DNA of 64,000 nt, from assembly GCA_964631145.1 (NCBI GenBank), contig CAZVXT010000002.1, positions 65,140-129,139 on the forward strand, given 5' to 3'. The notes beneath the pieces are model-generated. The model worked only from the letters and a program-made list of their open reading frames with translations. It was not told the origin of the DNA and made no database searches. The translations under genes and the position numbers were made by a program. Position 1 is the stretch's first letter; each line of letters begins with the position of its first letter. This DNA comes from an uncultured Candidatus Saccharibacteria bacterium. GTDB taxonomy: Bacteria; Patescibacteriota; Doudnabacteria; UBA920. Positions 1 through 9,948 of this stretch are shown in pieces.

Positions 1-36
1 GGACCAGAAACGTTTGGGTTAGGGTTTATTTTAGGT

Positions 37-528
37 ATGTTATTAAATATAGCTATTAGCTTAGGTATTAATGACGCTGTGGATTCTGCGTTTGAAATAG
101 CTGCGGGAAATTTTAAACAGGCAAAATTTTTAGCTGTAAGAGCTGCAACAAAAGTTGGGATGTTTGTTGTTTTATTATGCACACTGGTTACCATTTTTAC
201 TCCGCCGTTTGGTTGGATTATAGGACCAATCTTATTGATTTTGTTAAATATATATATGATTATGGGTTTTATTTTTAAGAATGTGGCTAGCTTGCAAGGT
301 TTAGTTTGGTGGGAAATAGGTTTGATAGTAATTGTAGATTTTATGTTTATTATATTCTTTTTAACCTTTACTGCAGCCGTTTTGTATTGGGTATGCGATC
401 AATCTGGTTTGGGCGGCGGCATTGCGGCGAACGCTGTGGCAAAAGTAGTAGATTGGTGGTCGGGGACAACTTATACAACTGTAGTTAATGATATGTGCAC
501 CTCGATTAGACCATATCTACCAAATTAA
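37..528 (+). CDS. hypothetical multi-pass membrane protein; the frame is open upstream to the window start, so the N-terminus may be truncated
   Basis: ORF track; hydrophobic segments; AT-rich host-like codon usage; no stop between position 1 and the Met at 37. Confidence 0.4.
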   Translation: MLLNIAISLGINDAVDSAFEIAAGNFKQAKFLAVRAATKVGMFVVLLCTLVTIFTPPFGWIIGPILLILLNIYMIMGFIFKNVASLQGLVWWEIGLIVIVDFMFIIFFLTFTAAVLYWVCDQSGLGGGIAANAVAKVVDWWSGTTYTTVVNDMCTSIRPYLPN

Positions 529-589
529 TATGGTATAATAATGGTAACAAATACTATTGTGAAAGAAATACAAAATAGAAAGGAAATAA

Positions 590-1714
590 GTGAATAAAAG
601 AGCCATAGCAATATTAGGTGCTATATTTTTGCTTATAGTCGGAACATTGGGTGTAATTATTTATTTGCGAAAAAAATCTACATCTACAACCCAGCAAACT
701 GTAAATAATCAAACAGAAGTAGAACAGCAGTCGCAAGTAGAAATTCCTCAAACTACCGATAATGCCCCCCAAGTTAATAATCAAGCTGTAAAATTAACAG
801 ATGAAGTAGTTATTACCCCTGCTTTGTTTTTTCAAGGTAATGGCATAACTTATTTTAATAAAGCTGGACAATTGTTTCAGACAGATCTTTCTATTTCTGG
901 TAACACTGTATTATTAAGCAATAAAAGAGAGTTAACTATTCCAGGAAAGTCTGATATCTCCAAGATTTTATGGCCTTTAGTAGGAAATGCCTTCGTGGCA
1001 GAAAGTGGCTCTGGATCAAGTAGAACTTGGAGTGTTTATGATGGTGGGCAAGGTGCTTATAATCAATTGCCTGGAGAAGTTAAAAGTTTAGATTGGATGC
1101 CAAACGGAGATAAAATCGCTTTTACTTGGGTTGATTCTAAAAGCAAAACAACTATAAATATAGCTAATCCTGATACTAGCGGCTACCAAACATTAACAGA
1201 ATTGTATGAACCGGATAATGAGATTAAAGTTTCTCCAGATGGACAGTTAATAGCATTTTACAGAACCCAAACTATAGATTTAAATAAAAATGTTATTGCA
1301 ACTGTAGGTATTGATGGTAAGACTTTTAAAGCTGTAGTTAAAGATGGATACAATACTGGAGTTGTTTGGTCTCCAGATAGTAAAAAGTTTTTATTTAATA
1401 AGCGCGATCCTTTTAACCAGAAAATGAGTTTATGGGTAACAGATGTTTCTACAGGCGAGACTAAAAATACTGGAGTTGTAACTTCTTATGATAAAGCAAT
1501 TTGGAGCAAAGACGGAAGCAGTATTTATGCAGCTGTACCAAATGATTCTGGACAAGATACTCTATTTAAAATAAACATCTCAAGTGGTGATAGGAAAGAA
1601 TTTAGCCCTGGCATTGATGTGAAAATGCAAGAGTTGTTTTATAATCTAGAAGAGAATGTAATCTTCTTTAAAAACAGTACGGATGGCTTCTTGTATTATA
1701 TGATCATTGGCTAG
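590..1714 (+). CDS. membrane-anchored PD40/TolB-like beta-propeller repeat protein
   Basis: N-terminal TM helix; repeated WSPDG/WSPDS motifs typical of PD40 repeats; GTG start preceded by an aggaaa RBS. Confidence 0.5.
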   Translation: MNKRAIAILGAIFLLIVGTLGVIIYLRKKSTSTTQQTVNNQTEVEQQSQVEIPQTTDNAPQVNNQAVKLTDEVVITPALFFQGNGITYFNKAGQLFQTDLSISGNTVLLSNKRELTIPGKSDISKILWPLVGNAFVAESGSGSSRTWSVYDGGQGAYNQLPGEVKSLDWMPNGDKIAFTWVDSKSKTTINIANPDTSGYQTLTELYEPDNEIKVSPDGQLIAFYRTQTIDLNKNVIATVGIDGKTFKAVVKDGYNTGVVWSPDSKKFLFNKRDPFNQKMSLWVTDVSTGETKNTGVVTSYDKAIWSKDGSSIYAAVPNDSGQDTLFKINISSGDRKEFSPGIDVKMQELFYNLEENVIFFKNSTDGFLYYMIIG

Positions 1715-1791
1715 GATTATTATAAAACAGCTCTTTACAGAGCTGTTTTTAAATTTAGCGAAATTTTATCAAACTAAGCTATAATATATTT

Positions 1792-3102
1792 ATGGCAACA
1801 AAAAGTGTATTTATTTGTTCTAATTGTGGTAATCAGAGTAGTCGCTGGCAAGGGAAATGTGCCAATTGCGGAGCTTGGAATAGTTATCAAGAACAAACGG
1901 TCTCGGTAAGCAATAAAAGTAAGACTGTCGGTGTTCCTAGTGGTACAAAGCCAATATCTTTATCAGAAGTTAAATCTGACAATTATTTAAGAGTCCAATC
2001 TGGTATTGCCGAATTGGATACTGTTTTGGGTGGCGGATTGGTTCCTGGTGCTGTTATTTTGCTTGGAGGGGATCCTGGTATAGGTAAGTCCACATTAGCT
2101 TTACAGCTAGCTAATTTGCTTGCAAAGCAAAATCATGATGTTTTATACGTTACGGGAGAAGAGTCTGCCCAGCAAATAAAAATGCGAAATGATAGATTGC
2201 CGATTAAACAAGATATTTCAGTTTTAGCAGATACAGATTATGATAATGTTGTTGCGGTGCTATCTACACAAAAGCCAGAAATTGTAATAATTGATTCTAT
2301 TCAAACTTTAAATTCTGCAGAAGTAAATGGTGTGCAGGGAGGGGTAGCTCAATTGAGTTATGTAACTAATGGATTAGTAAGGCTTGCTAAACAGCATCAC
2401 ATAACCACTATTGTGATAGGGCATGTTACTAAGGAAGGTATGTTAGCTGGTCCAAAAACCATAGAACATATGGTGGATGTGGTTTTGTATCTAGAAGGAG
2501 ATAGATTAAGCAGCCTGCGTTTATTAAGAAGTAGTAAAAATAGATTTGGCAGCATTGGCGAAGTTGGTGTATTCCAGATGGTGGAATCTGGTTTAGAAGA
2601 AGTTGCAAACCCCGCTGCCATGTTCTTGGAGCATAAAGATAAAACCATGCCTGGTAGTTGTGTGGCAGTGGTGGCGGAAGGTAATAAAATCTTACTTGTA
2701 GAAGTGCAGGCACTAACTAATACAACTACTGCTACTTATCCCAAAAGGGTTGCATCTGGCTTTGATATTAATCGCTTACAATTGTTATCTGCAATACTCC
2801 AAAAAAGTTTGGGTGTTAATTTATCTAATCAGGATATTTATATTAACATCGCTGGTGGTTTTAAAGTTACAGAACGTGCAGCGGATCTTCCGGTGGTTTT
2901 AGCTATATTATCTTCTTATTATGGCAAAGATTTAGGTCTGGGTACTGCTGCATATGGTGAAGTTGGATTGCTTGGTGAAGTTAGGGCTGTACCACAGGTG
3001 GATAAGCGTAGCAAAGAAGCAAAAAAATTAGGATATAGTAATTTATTTAATAATAAAACTTTAAAATCTATTAATGATATTAAATTATTTTCTAAAAAAT
3101 AA
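1792..3102 (+). CDS. radA: DNA repair protein RadA/Sms
   Basis: N-terminal C4 zinc finger (CSNCGN...CANCGAW), Walker A GDPGIGKST, and a Lon-like C-terminal domain pattern. Confidence 0.9.
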   Translation: MATKSVFICSNCGNQSSRWQGKCANCGAWNSYQEQTVSVSNKSKTVGVPSGTKPISLSEVKSDNYLRVQSGIAELDTVLGGGLVPGAVILLGGDPGIGKSTLALQLANLLAKQNHDVLYVTGEESAQQIKMRNDRLPIKQDISVLADTDYDNVVAVLSTQKPEIVIIDSIQTLNSAEVNGVQGGVAQLSYVTNGLVRLAKQHHITTIVIGHVTKEGMLAGPKTIEHMVDVVLYLEGDRLSSLRLLRSSKNRFGSIGEVGVFQMVESGLEEVANPAAMFLEHKDKTMPGSCVAVVAEGNKILLVEVQALTNTTTATYPKRVASGFDINRLQLLSAILQKSLGVNLSNQDIYINIAGGFKVTERAADLPVVLAILSSYYGKDLGLGTAAYGEVGLLGEVRAVPQVDKRSKEAKKLGYSNLFNNKTLKSINDIKLFSKK

Positions 3103-3120
3103 TTTAATATTAGGCAAATA

Positions 3121-3158
3121 AAAAACCGCCTTATAAACTGCAAAGGCGGTGTTTTTTA
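3121..3158. terminator. bidirectional rho-independent terminator hairpin between convergent genes
   Basis: aaaaaccgcctt...aaggcggtgtttttt: a GC stem flanked by an A-tract and a T-tract. Confidence 0.6.
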
Positions 3159-3169
3159 AAGTAACTATT

Positions 3170-3397
3170 TTAGGCAAACCTTGATGGGTAAGCCGGCGGC
3201 ACGGTAATAAACTCCAATCTATTACGATTAGTCTGTAATTCGCCTTTGTGAATCATATCTTGCATTTTACTTGCTTCTTCCAGCACGCAAAATTCAGGAG
3301 TCTTTCTGTTAGGAATTGTTCCTGAAGTTACGCCTGTTGTTAGGTCATGTAAATACTTCCCGTATTGCCCCGGTTCCCAAGGTCTCTTCTTTGCCAT
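3170..3397 (-). CDS. small hypothetical protein (75 aa)
   Basis: ORF track; locally elevated GC; no recognisable motif. Confidence 0.3.
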   Translation of the reverse strand: MAKKRPWEPGQYGKYLHDLTTGVTSGTIPNRKTPEFCVLEEASKMQDMIHKGELQTNRNRLEFITVPPAYPSRFA

Positions 3398-3508
3398 AAT
3401 TATTTTCCTCCAAATAGTTTTAAATTAAAATGTACATCGCAATTATTTGAGGTGTACATAAATTTTATAACAAATTTTGGAGGTGTTGTCAATGTCACTT
3501 AAACTTGC

Positions 3509-5563
3509 TTATTCTGTGCGAAGTTCTTTAACTAATTTTTCGGTAATTATCTTAAGTTGAGTATGATTTTTTAAAGAGTTATCGTTAGTAATTATATATT
3601 CTGCAATTTTTTGAGATTTTTCTAATGCACTAATTGTAAAATAACTGCTAAATCGAAATTTATGCCCAGATTGATTAAGTCCAAGTAAATCGCCAAACCC
3701 TCTTGTTTTAAGATCAAATTCTGCTAACACAAATCCATTTTGTGTACTAGCAAACTTTTGGAGCCTAGGCAGTTCTTCTGTTTGATTAGGAGACACAAAA
3801 ACATAGCAATAACTTGGTAAGTTACTTCGTCCGATTCTGCCTCGAAGCTGATGAAGTTGGGCAAGTCCAAACCGTTCTGCCCCTTCTATAATCATTACGG
3901 TAGCATTTGGAATATCTATCCCAACTTCTATTACAGTGCTTGCAACAAGAATATCATAATTATGTTCAGCAAAGTCTTGCATGATACTATTTTTTTGTTC
4001 AGGTGGTAAGCTGCCATAAATTACGCCAACTTTATTTTTGGGAAATAGCTTTTTGATTTTTTCAAACTCTGTCTTAACATCCTTAGTATCAGATTCGCTT
4101 TCTTCTACTTTTGCTAAAACAACAAAAGCTTGTTTTCCCGATTTGATTTCTTGTTTAATTTTATTGTAAGCTACTCCATAGCTACTTTGATCTAAAACTT
4201 GAGTAGTTATAGGTAATTTACCTTCTGGGAGTTGATCTATAACGCTAAGCTCAATATTTCCATATAGAGATAATGCTAAGCTACGTGGAATTGGAGTTGC
4301 AGATAAACTCAAATAATGAGGTGTATGCTTTTTCCCGCTCATATCTTGGAGTAAGAAATTGCGTTGCATAACACCAAAGCGGTGTTGTTCATCCACTATA
4401 ATTAATCCAAATTCATGCTTTTTGATAGAATCTTTTAATAAAGCATGGGTTCCAATAATGATATCTAGTTCTTTGTCGGTAATTGCATTAATCAATGTAT
4501 CCTTGTCAAAATCTTTTTGGTTAATACTAGAAATAGATCGAGTTAAGCAGCCTATATTAAGTTGGTAATTTGCGAATAATTTCCAAAAAGTTTGGTAATG
4601 TTGCTTGGCTAGTATTTCTGTGGGAACTAAAATTAGCACTTGTTTTTTTGCAGCAGTTGTACTTAGCGCACCAATAGCTGCAACTATTGTTTTACCGCTT
4701 CCCACATCACCAATTAGCATTCTATTCATTGCACTATTCTTTTCTAAATCTTGTAAAATTTCCCAAGCAGATTTTTTTTGTGACGCAGTTAAATCAAAGC
4801 TAAGTTTAGATAAAAAACCTTTTACTAGCGTTTGACTAAACGGTATTTGGTAGGATTTTTGGTTATTGTTAAGCTTTTGTAGTTTAAGGGCTAGTTGTTC
4901 GGGTAGTATTTCATTTATTGCCAATCTTTCATGATATGTCCCTAAATTATCTAACTCCTTTGGGTTATGGAAATATAAAATTGCTTCTTTGGTAGATGGT
5001 AAAGAAAAGTTTTTTATAACGCTATCATCCAGTAACTCTTTGTCAAATTCTATTGTTTGTAATGCAGCATTAACTAATTTTGTTAATTGTAAATTGGACA
5101 CACCGCTACTTAAGTGATATATAGGTAGAAGCTTGCCAGTATATATAGGGTCAGAATCAGGGGATTCGAATAAAGGATTGGTTAGTTGTTTTTGCTGACC
5201 TCTTTGTTCTATTTGCCCAGCAAGTAATATATCTTGACCTTCTTTTAGCTGTTTTGCCAAATATGACTGGTTAAACCATATGGATTTGATTATCCCAGTT
5301 TCGTCTTCTATAATAGCTTCGGTAAAGCTTAATCTGGATTTAAATGATCTTCTTGCTTCTACTTTAATCAACTTGCCAGAAATTGTTAATGTTTGTCCTA
5401 GGTTAGCATCGGCTATATTTACGATGCTTCTAAAATCTACATACCTAAATGGCACATGCAGCAACAAATCTTTAACTGTTTTTATATTAAGTTTTTTTAG
5501 CTTTAAAGATAAAGCCGGACCTACGCCCGGCAATTTTGTAATTAAATCTGTTTCAAAGAGCAT
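3509..5563 (-). CDS. recG: ATP-dependent DNA helicase RecG
   Basis: Walker A GDVGSGKT; DEQH(RFG) box; N-terminal wedge/OB-like region; length ~680 aa. Confidence 0.9.
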   Translation of the reverse strand: MLFETDLITKLPGVGPALSLKLKKLNIKTVKDLLLHVPFRYVDFRSIVNIADANLGQTLTISGKLIKVEARRSFKSRLSFTEAIIEDETGIIKSIWFNQSYLAKQLKEGQDILLAGQIEQRGQQKQLTNPLFESPDSDPIYTGKLLPIYHLSSGVSNLQLTKLVNAALQTIEFDKELLDDSVIKNFSLPSTKEAILYFHNPKELDNLGTYHERLAINEILPEQLALKLQKLNNNQKSYQIPFSQTLVKGFLSKLSFDLTASQKKSAWEILQDLEKNSAMNRMLIGDVGSGKTIVAAIGALSTTAAKKQVLILVPTEILAKQHYQTFWKLFANYQLNIGCLTRSISSINQKDFDKDTLINAITDKELDIIIGTHALLKDSIKKHEFGLIIVDEQHRFGVMQRNFLLQDMSGKKHTPHYLSLSATPIPRSLALSLYGNIELSVIDQLPEGKLPITTQVLDQSSYGVAYNKIKQEIKSGKQAFVVLAKVEESESDTKDVKTEFEKIKKLFPKNKVGVIYGSLPPEQKNSIMQDFAEHNYDILVASTVIEVGIDIPNATVMIIEGAERFGLAQLHQLRGRIGRSNLPSYCYVFVSPNQTEELPRLQKFASTQNGFVLAEFDLKTRGFGDLLGLNQSGHKFRFSSYFTISALEKSQKIAEYIITNDNSLKNHTQLKIITEKLVKELRTE

Positions 5564-5590
5564 AGCTTTTAATTACCTTTATATTAAATG

Positions 5591-6064
5591 TTAAAATCGA
5601 AATCTGTGAGCGATCCTTTGTGCTACGGTTGGATTTGTTTCAGTATGTTCTGGTAGTAGTTCTAATAGCACATCTCGTACTTCTTCTGCGTCTTGATCAG
5701 CAAGCTCTATATGTAGTTGATTGTTTATATAAGCTGATGTTTCTATGTTTAGAGCTTTATGGGTTCCATCATCAATCACCCAAAAATGTTGAATTCTAGA
5801 ATAAGGAATGAGAGTGTTGTCAAATATTATCCCTTGATCAGTGATGCTAATATTAATTATTTTTGGTTGTCTGCTACCAAAATATGCGATAAAGATTGCG
5901 ATAAAGACTAAACATGTTGCTCCAAAATAATCCTTTTGAATTATTTGATAAATAACAAGTAGTGTCATAATAATTATCATTGTTATATACCAAGCTGGAT
6001 TTTTTTGGTAATGACGAAATTCTGGAGCATCCCAAGATAAAATTGTAATAGGGGAATTTGGCAT
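5591..6064 (-). CDS. hypothetical membrane protein
   Basis: ORF track; two TM helices. Confidence 0.4.
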   Translation of the reverse strand: MPNSPITILSWDAPEFRHYQKNPAWYITMIIIMTLLVIYQIIQKDYFGATCLVFIAIFIAYFGSRQPKIINISITDQGIIFDNTLIPYSRIQHFWVIDDGTHKALNIETSAYINNQLHIELADQDAEEVRDVLLELLPEHTETNPTVAQRIAHRFRF

Positions 6065-6066
6065 TT

Positions 6067-6345
6067 TTATTTTTTATTATTGTTTGAATTATCTCCCCAT
6101 TGCCATTTTGGGGTTTCTCCAGTTTTGTAACACAATACTAGAAAGGCAGCGGTTAAAACAAACCAGTATAATACAATCTTCCAAGGGAAAACTTCTTGTT
6201 TTATATAGTTTGAATATAACGAAATTGGACCTATAAATAATATTAAGAATATTAAAGTTGCTAGCCAACCGTTTTTATTGGCAGGTGTCCATCCGTATCC
6301 ATATGTTTTTCGTCTAAACCATAATTGTTTAGGAGGTAAGTCCAT
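6067..6345 (-). CDS. small hypothetical membrane protein
   Basis: ORF track; TM helices; 2-bp spacing to the downstream ORF suggests an operon. Confidence 0.35.
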   Translation of the reverse strand: MDLPPKQLWFRRKTYGYGWTPANKNGWLATLIFLILFIGPISLYSNYIKQEVFPWKIVLYWFVLTAAFLVLCYKTGETPKWQWGDNSNNNKK

Positions 6346-6403
6346 AATTATATTTTAGCATAAAACAAGTATTATTATGTAAGGTTTTTGATATAATTAT
6401 ATT

Positions 6404-7021
6404 ATGCTTGAGCATCAAATCTTAGAAGCGATTTTATTATATAAACCCTTGGCTTATGTGCTGGTTTTGATTGGATTATTACTAGAAGGGGAATTGGTAT
6501 TATTTTCTGCCTTAATTTTAGCTAATCAAGGTTATTTAAGTTACTATATTTTATTACCGCTATCTGTTTTTGGTATTTTGACAGGAGATTTGTTGTGGTT
6601 CTATTTAGGTGTTTATTTTAATGGTAATAGTGGTAAGATTTCTCGTTATGTAGTAAAAGCCCAAAAACTGTTGCAATTCTCGATGTTTAAAACTATATTT
6701 AGAGCAGTTTTTATTAGCAAATTTACTTATGGATTACACAGAGCTATGTTAATTGCAGTTGGGTCTAGTGGGGTTTCTGTGAAAAAATTTTTAAAATCAG
6801 ACAGTGTTGCTGTAGCTATATGGTTGTCCATTATTTTTCTAGTTTCATTTTTGACCAGTTTTTCCATTAAAGCCTTTAATGGTTATGTTAGAGGGGTTGA
6901 AGTTTTAATTTTAATAGTCATAATATTATGGGTAGTGTTCCAAAAAATTATGTCTTACATATTTTTATCAAAAGAGAAAACCGCTATTGCTAATATAAAC
7001 AACCCTGATAATAAATCATAA
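6404..7021 (+). CDS. DedA/VTT-family-like membrane protein
   Basis: LLEGELVLF-type motif and polytopic membrane topology typical of DedA. Confidence 0.45.
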   Translation: MLEHQILEAILLYKPLAYVLVLIGLLLEGELVLFSALILANQGYLSYYILLPLSVFGILTGDLLWFYLGVYFNGNSGKISRYVVKAQKLLQFSMFKTIFRAVFISKFTYGLHRAMLIAVGSSGVSVKKFLKSDSVAVAIWLSIIFLVSFLTSFSIKAFNGYVRGVEVLILIVIILWVVFQKIMSYIFLSKEKTAIANINNPDNKS

Positions 7022-7093
7022 AAGAAACTTCTGCACGCAACTTCAGTTTTTATCCAGTGTAGATTTAAATTTTTTATGTTTTTTAAAATTATA

Positions 7094-7492
7094 CTATTTC
7101 CAATTAAAAAATGTAATTATAATTTGTAGGATGGTTGCAAATGATACCCAAAGCAAGTATGGAATATTAGCTAAGGCTACCCATTTAATATGCTTGTAAG
7201 ACACAGTAATTGCCCATATCAGAGTAATTAATACTAAGGATATATCAATAGTGGCAAGCAGGTTATTTTTTAGTCCAAATTGAATTGGAGAAAACAATAA
7301 GTTAAAAATTATGTTTAAAGCAAACGGGGTTGCAACAGATAATGGTATTTGTTTTTTTAAGGTTTTATAAAATACGGTTCCAAAAGTTATAGCAATAATT
7401 GTATATAAAATTGTCCATACAGGTCCAAACAGCCAAGCTGGGGGAGCCCAGTAAGGTTTGATTAAAAGTTCGTACCATTTAAATTGATTCAT
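7094..7492 (-). CDS. tspO: TspO/MBR family tryptophan-rich sensory protein
   Basis: W-rich N-terminal signature WYxxLxKPxWAPPxWxFGPVWTxLY. Confidence 0.6.
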   Translation of the reverse strand: MNQFKWYELLIKPYWAPPAWLFGPVWTILYTIIAITFGTVFYKTLKKQIPLSVATPFALNIIFNLLFSPIQFGLKNNLLATIDISLVLITLIWAITVSYKHIKWVALANIPYLLWVSFATILQIIITFFNWK

Positions 7493-7546
7493 ATATTTAT
7501 TTAGATATTTGTGAGATATGAATTAATTATATCATTTATATTTTGT

Positions 7547-7580
7547 AATAAAATAAAATAGCCAATTAGCTATTTTATTT
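7547..7580. terminator. perfect 13-bp inverted repeat hairpin abutting the tRNA 3' end
   Basis: aaaataaaatagc caatta gctattttatttt. Confidence 0.5.
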
Positions 7581-7582
7581 TC

Positions 7583-7670
<88 letters not shown>

Positions 7671-7851
7671 ATATTTGTATTAAATTTGATGACTAAATAA
7701 TTTTAACATAAACGATAAATTGAGGCAATAAATAAAAAACAGGCTTTACTCTAGATATTAGCCTGTTTTTTGATAATTTTTACCGTTCTTCCATTACAAT
7801 CTCTTCGGTATAGCTGCCAGCTTTAACAAGTTGGCAGTTAATCGAAATGAT

Positions 7852-8967
7852 TTAAAATTTTGGTTCTGCTATAAATCCGCCTGTTACCTTTGCTGAGGTT
7901 TCTACTTCTGGCTGTTGAGGTTCTGTATTAGGAGAGCTTGGTTTATTTTCAGTATTCTTTATAGCGTTTTGAGTTTTGGTTGTTTTTTCTATAGTAGGGA
8001 TTATTGCTGTTTTTACTTCAGGGATTAAGATTATTCTTTTTGCAATTAATTCGTTGTTTTGTTTGACCGCATTAACTGTAATTTTGCCAGAAATTTTGGT
8101 ACCTTCTGCAATTAAGTCTCCATCTTGACCAGAAACAATCGTATTTTTGTTAATAATAAATAATTGTTTATTTAAAGTAATTGCTGTTGGGGTGACGTTG
8201 CTAGGGTTTCCGGTCTCTGAGATTTTGCTAGATTCGGCTAATACTTGATCATTTGAAGCGGCAATAATTTTTACCAATGATTTTTGGCTAGCAGTAGAGA
8301 GATTATTAGCTAAAGTTTTAACTTCTTGGCTTGAGTCGTGGTTAACAACTTCGCTTAATATGGTTTGTTGTGCCTTATTTAAACTAATCAGATTATCTAA
8401 AATATTATATTGAGAATTGGTTTTGGTGGCAGGAATGGCTTTGAAGGTGTTTTCGACCTGATTATTTAGCTCTGTAATAGCCGCAATTTTTTGTTCAGAA
8501 GTTCCTGTTAGTAATGCTTGCTTGGTTTCTTCTAACCTTTTCTGTGCTAATTCTATTTGTAAATTAGTAAGCTTATCGTTGTCGAAGGTAAAGTTAAGCT
8601 GAGCTTTTTCGCTAGCACGTTTTAACGAATATAAAGAATCTCCTGGTAAGCTGTTGGATGCAAAAGATAATAGAGTATTACTTGCAAACATAACAATTAA
8701 AGCTGTAAGAGGTATTGCTGCAAGTTTGTAGTTTGTAAATAAGCTTTTAATCGAAAATTTCTGTCTGGAATATTCTTTAAATCTGTAATGTTTGTATCCA
8801 CGTGGTGTTGGCTTGATGGGGAGATTGCTTAGATTTAAGCTAATTGACCATATATCTAGTATTTCTTGTCTATGTTCTGGATACATTGTCAAAACTTCTT
8901 CCTGAGAAATTCCTTCAGAAATATAACCTAATACTTTGTCTAATTGTTCGTCTGTAAGCTGGTTCAT
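7852..8967 (-). CDS. membrane-anchored protein co-transcribed with the ECF sigma factor; putative anti-sigma factor
   Basis: 4-bp overlap with the upstream sigma gene; single TM helix after an N-terminal cytoplasmic segment. Confidence 0.4.
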   Translation of the reverse strand: MNQLTDEQLDKVLGYISEGISQEEVLTMYPEHRQEILDIWSISLNLSNLPIKPTPRGYKHYRFKEYSRQKFSIKSLFTNYKLAAIPLTALIVMFASNTLLSFASNSLPGDSLYSLKRASEKAQLNFTFDNDKLTNLQIELAQKRLEETKQALLTGTSEQKIAAITELNNQVENTFKAIPATKTNSQYNILDNLISLNKAQQTILSEVVNHDSSQEVKTLANNLSTASQKSLVKIIAASNDQVLAESSKISETGNPSNVTPTAITLNKQLFIINKNTIVSGQDGDLIAEGTKISGKITVNAVKQNNELIAKRIILIPEVKTAIIPTIEKTTKTQNAIKNTENKPSSPNTEPQQPEVETSAKVTGGFIAEPKF

Positions 8968-9545
8968 GATTTTTTTAGCTTTTCAAATAAATCTTGTAAT
9001 TGCTTGATTGCTCTATGCTGAATAACTCTAATTGCACCTTCTGTTTTATTTAACATTTGAGCAATTATATTGTTGTCTAAATGTTCAAAGAATTTTAGCT
9101 TGATTACAGATTGCTGCTCTTCATTTAATTCTTTAAGCAGCTTCATTAATAATCCTTGTTCTACTTCTAAATTAATCAAATCCACTATGTTATTTTCGTA
9201 TTCAACTATATTTTCGATATTTTCTAAAGCAACTTGCGGTCTTTTTTGCCGGTAATAATCTATTACTAAATTCCTTGCTATTTGATATAGCCATCCCTCA
9301 AAAGCTTTGAGGTTTTGAAGCTTAGAAATCCCTGAAAAAGCTTTTACGAAAGTGTCTTCAGTTATGTCTTCTGCTGTCTCTTTGTGGCTAACTCTATAGT
9401 AACAAAATTGGTATATTTTGCTATAATATTCTTCATAAACAGCGGTTAAAGCCGAATCTTCTCCTTTTTGGGCATTTTCAAGGGTGCTGAGGTATTCTGG
9501 TGACTCAGAAAAGCTAGAATAATAAAATATGTTACTACTGTTCAT
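8964..9545 (-). CDS. ECF-type RNA polymerase sigma-70 family factor
   Basis: Region 2 (YQIARNLVIDYYRQK) and a region 4 helix-turn-helix (AQMLNKTEGAIRVIQHRAIKQL). Confidence 0.8.
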   Translation of the reverse strand: MNSSNIFYYSSFSESPEYLSTLENAQKGEDSALTAVYEEYYSKIYQFCYYRVSHKETAEDITEDTFVKAFSGISKLQNLKAFEGWLYQIARNLVIDYYRQKRPQVALENIENIVEYENNIVDLINLEVEQGLLMKLLKELNEEQQSVIKLKFFEHLDNNIIAQMLNKTEGAIRVIQHRAIKQLQDLFEKLKKS

Positions 9546-9629
9546 AAAGACGTGCCGGCTAATGCTTTGTTACATATAATTTTACCATACAATTTGTCTT
9601 CTAAATGTAAGTTTTGGTAGAATTAATAT

Positions 9630-9869
9630 ATGAATAATAATACTTATTGCCATAGTTGCATGATGCCTTTTCATAAAGATAAAGGCGTGAGGGAAAATGA
9701 AAATTACTGCAGTTTGTGCTTTTCTAATGGAAAACTTAACTACGAAGGTAATGATTTAAAAGAGTTCCAAAGAGTTGTTTATAAAAGCATGATCGACAGG
9801 GGTGTTAATAAATGGTTGGCTAAACTTTATACTTTTATGATTAGATTTGCACCTCGTTGGAAGAAATAA
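9630..9869 (+). CDS. small zinc-ribbon protein
   Basis: CHSC...CSLC cysteine pairs. Confidence 0.4.
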   Translation: MNNNTYCHSCMMPFHKDKGVRENENYCSLCFSNGKLNYEGNDLKEFQRVVYKSMIDRGVNKWLAKLYTFMIRFAPRWKK

Positions 9870-9887
9870 TTAAATTTTCTTCAAATT

Positions 9888-9918
9888 TAAAACCAGCAAT
9901 ATTTATTGCTGGTTTTTA
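9888..9918. terminator. bidirectional rho-independent terminator
   Basis: aaaaccagcaata-ttt-attgctggttttt. Confidence 0.6.
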
Positions 9919-9948
9919 ATATATATTGAAGTCTGGGCGATATATAAT

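Noticed and set aside
2397-2713. Minus-strand ORFs inside radA, and similar antisense ORFs inside recG, clpC, gatA/gatB, proS, mreB, folD and lysS
   Set aside because: They lie antisense within well-supported conserved genes.
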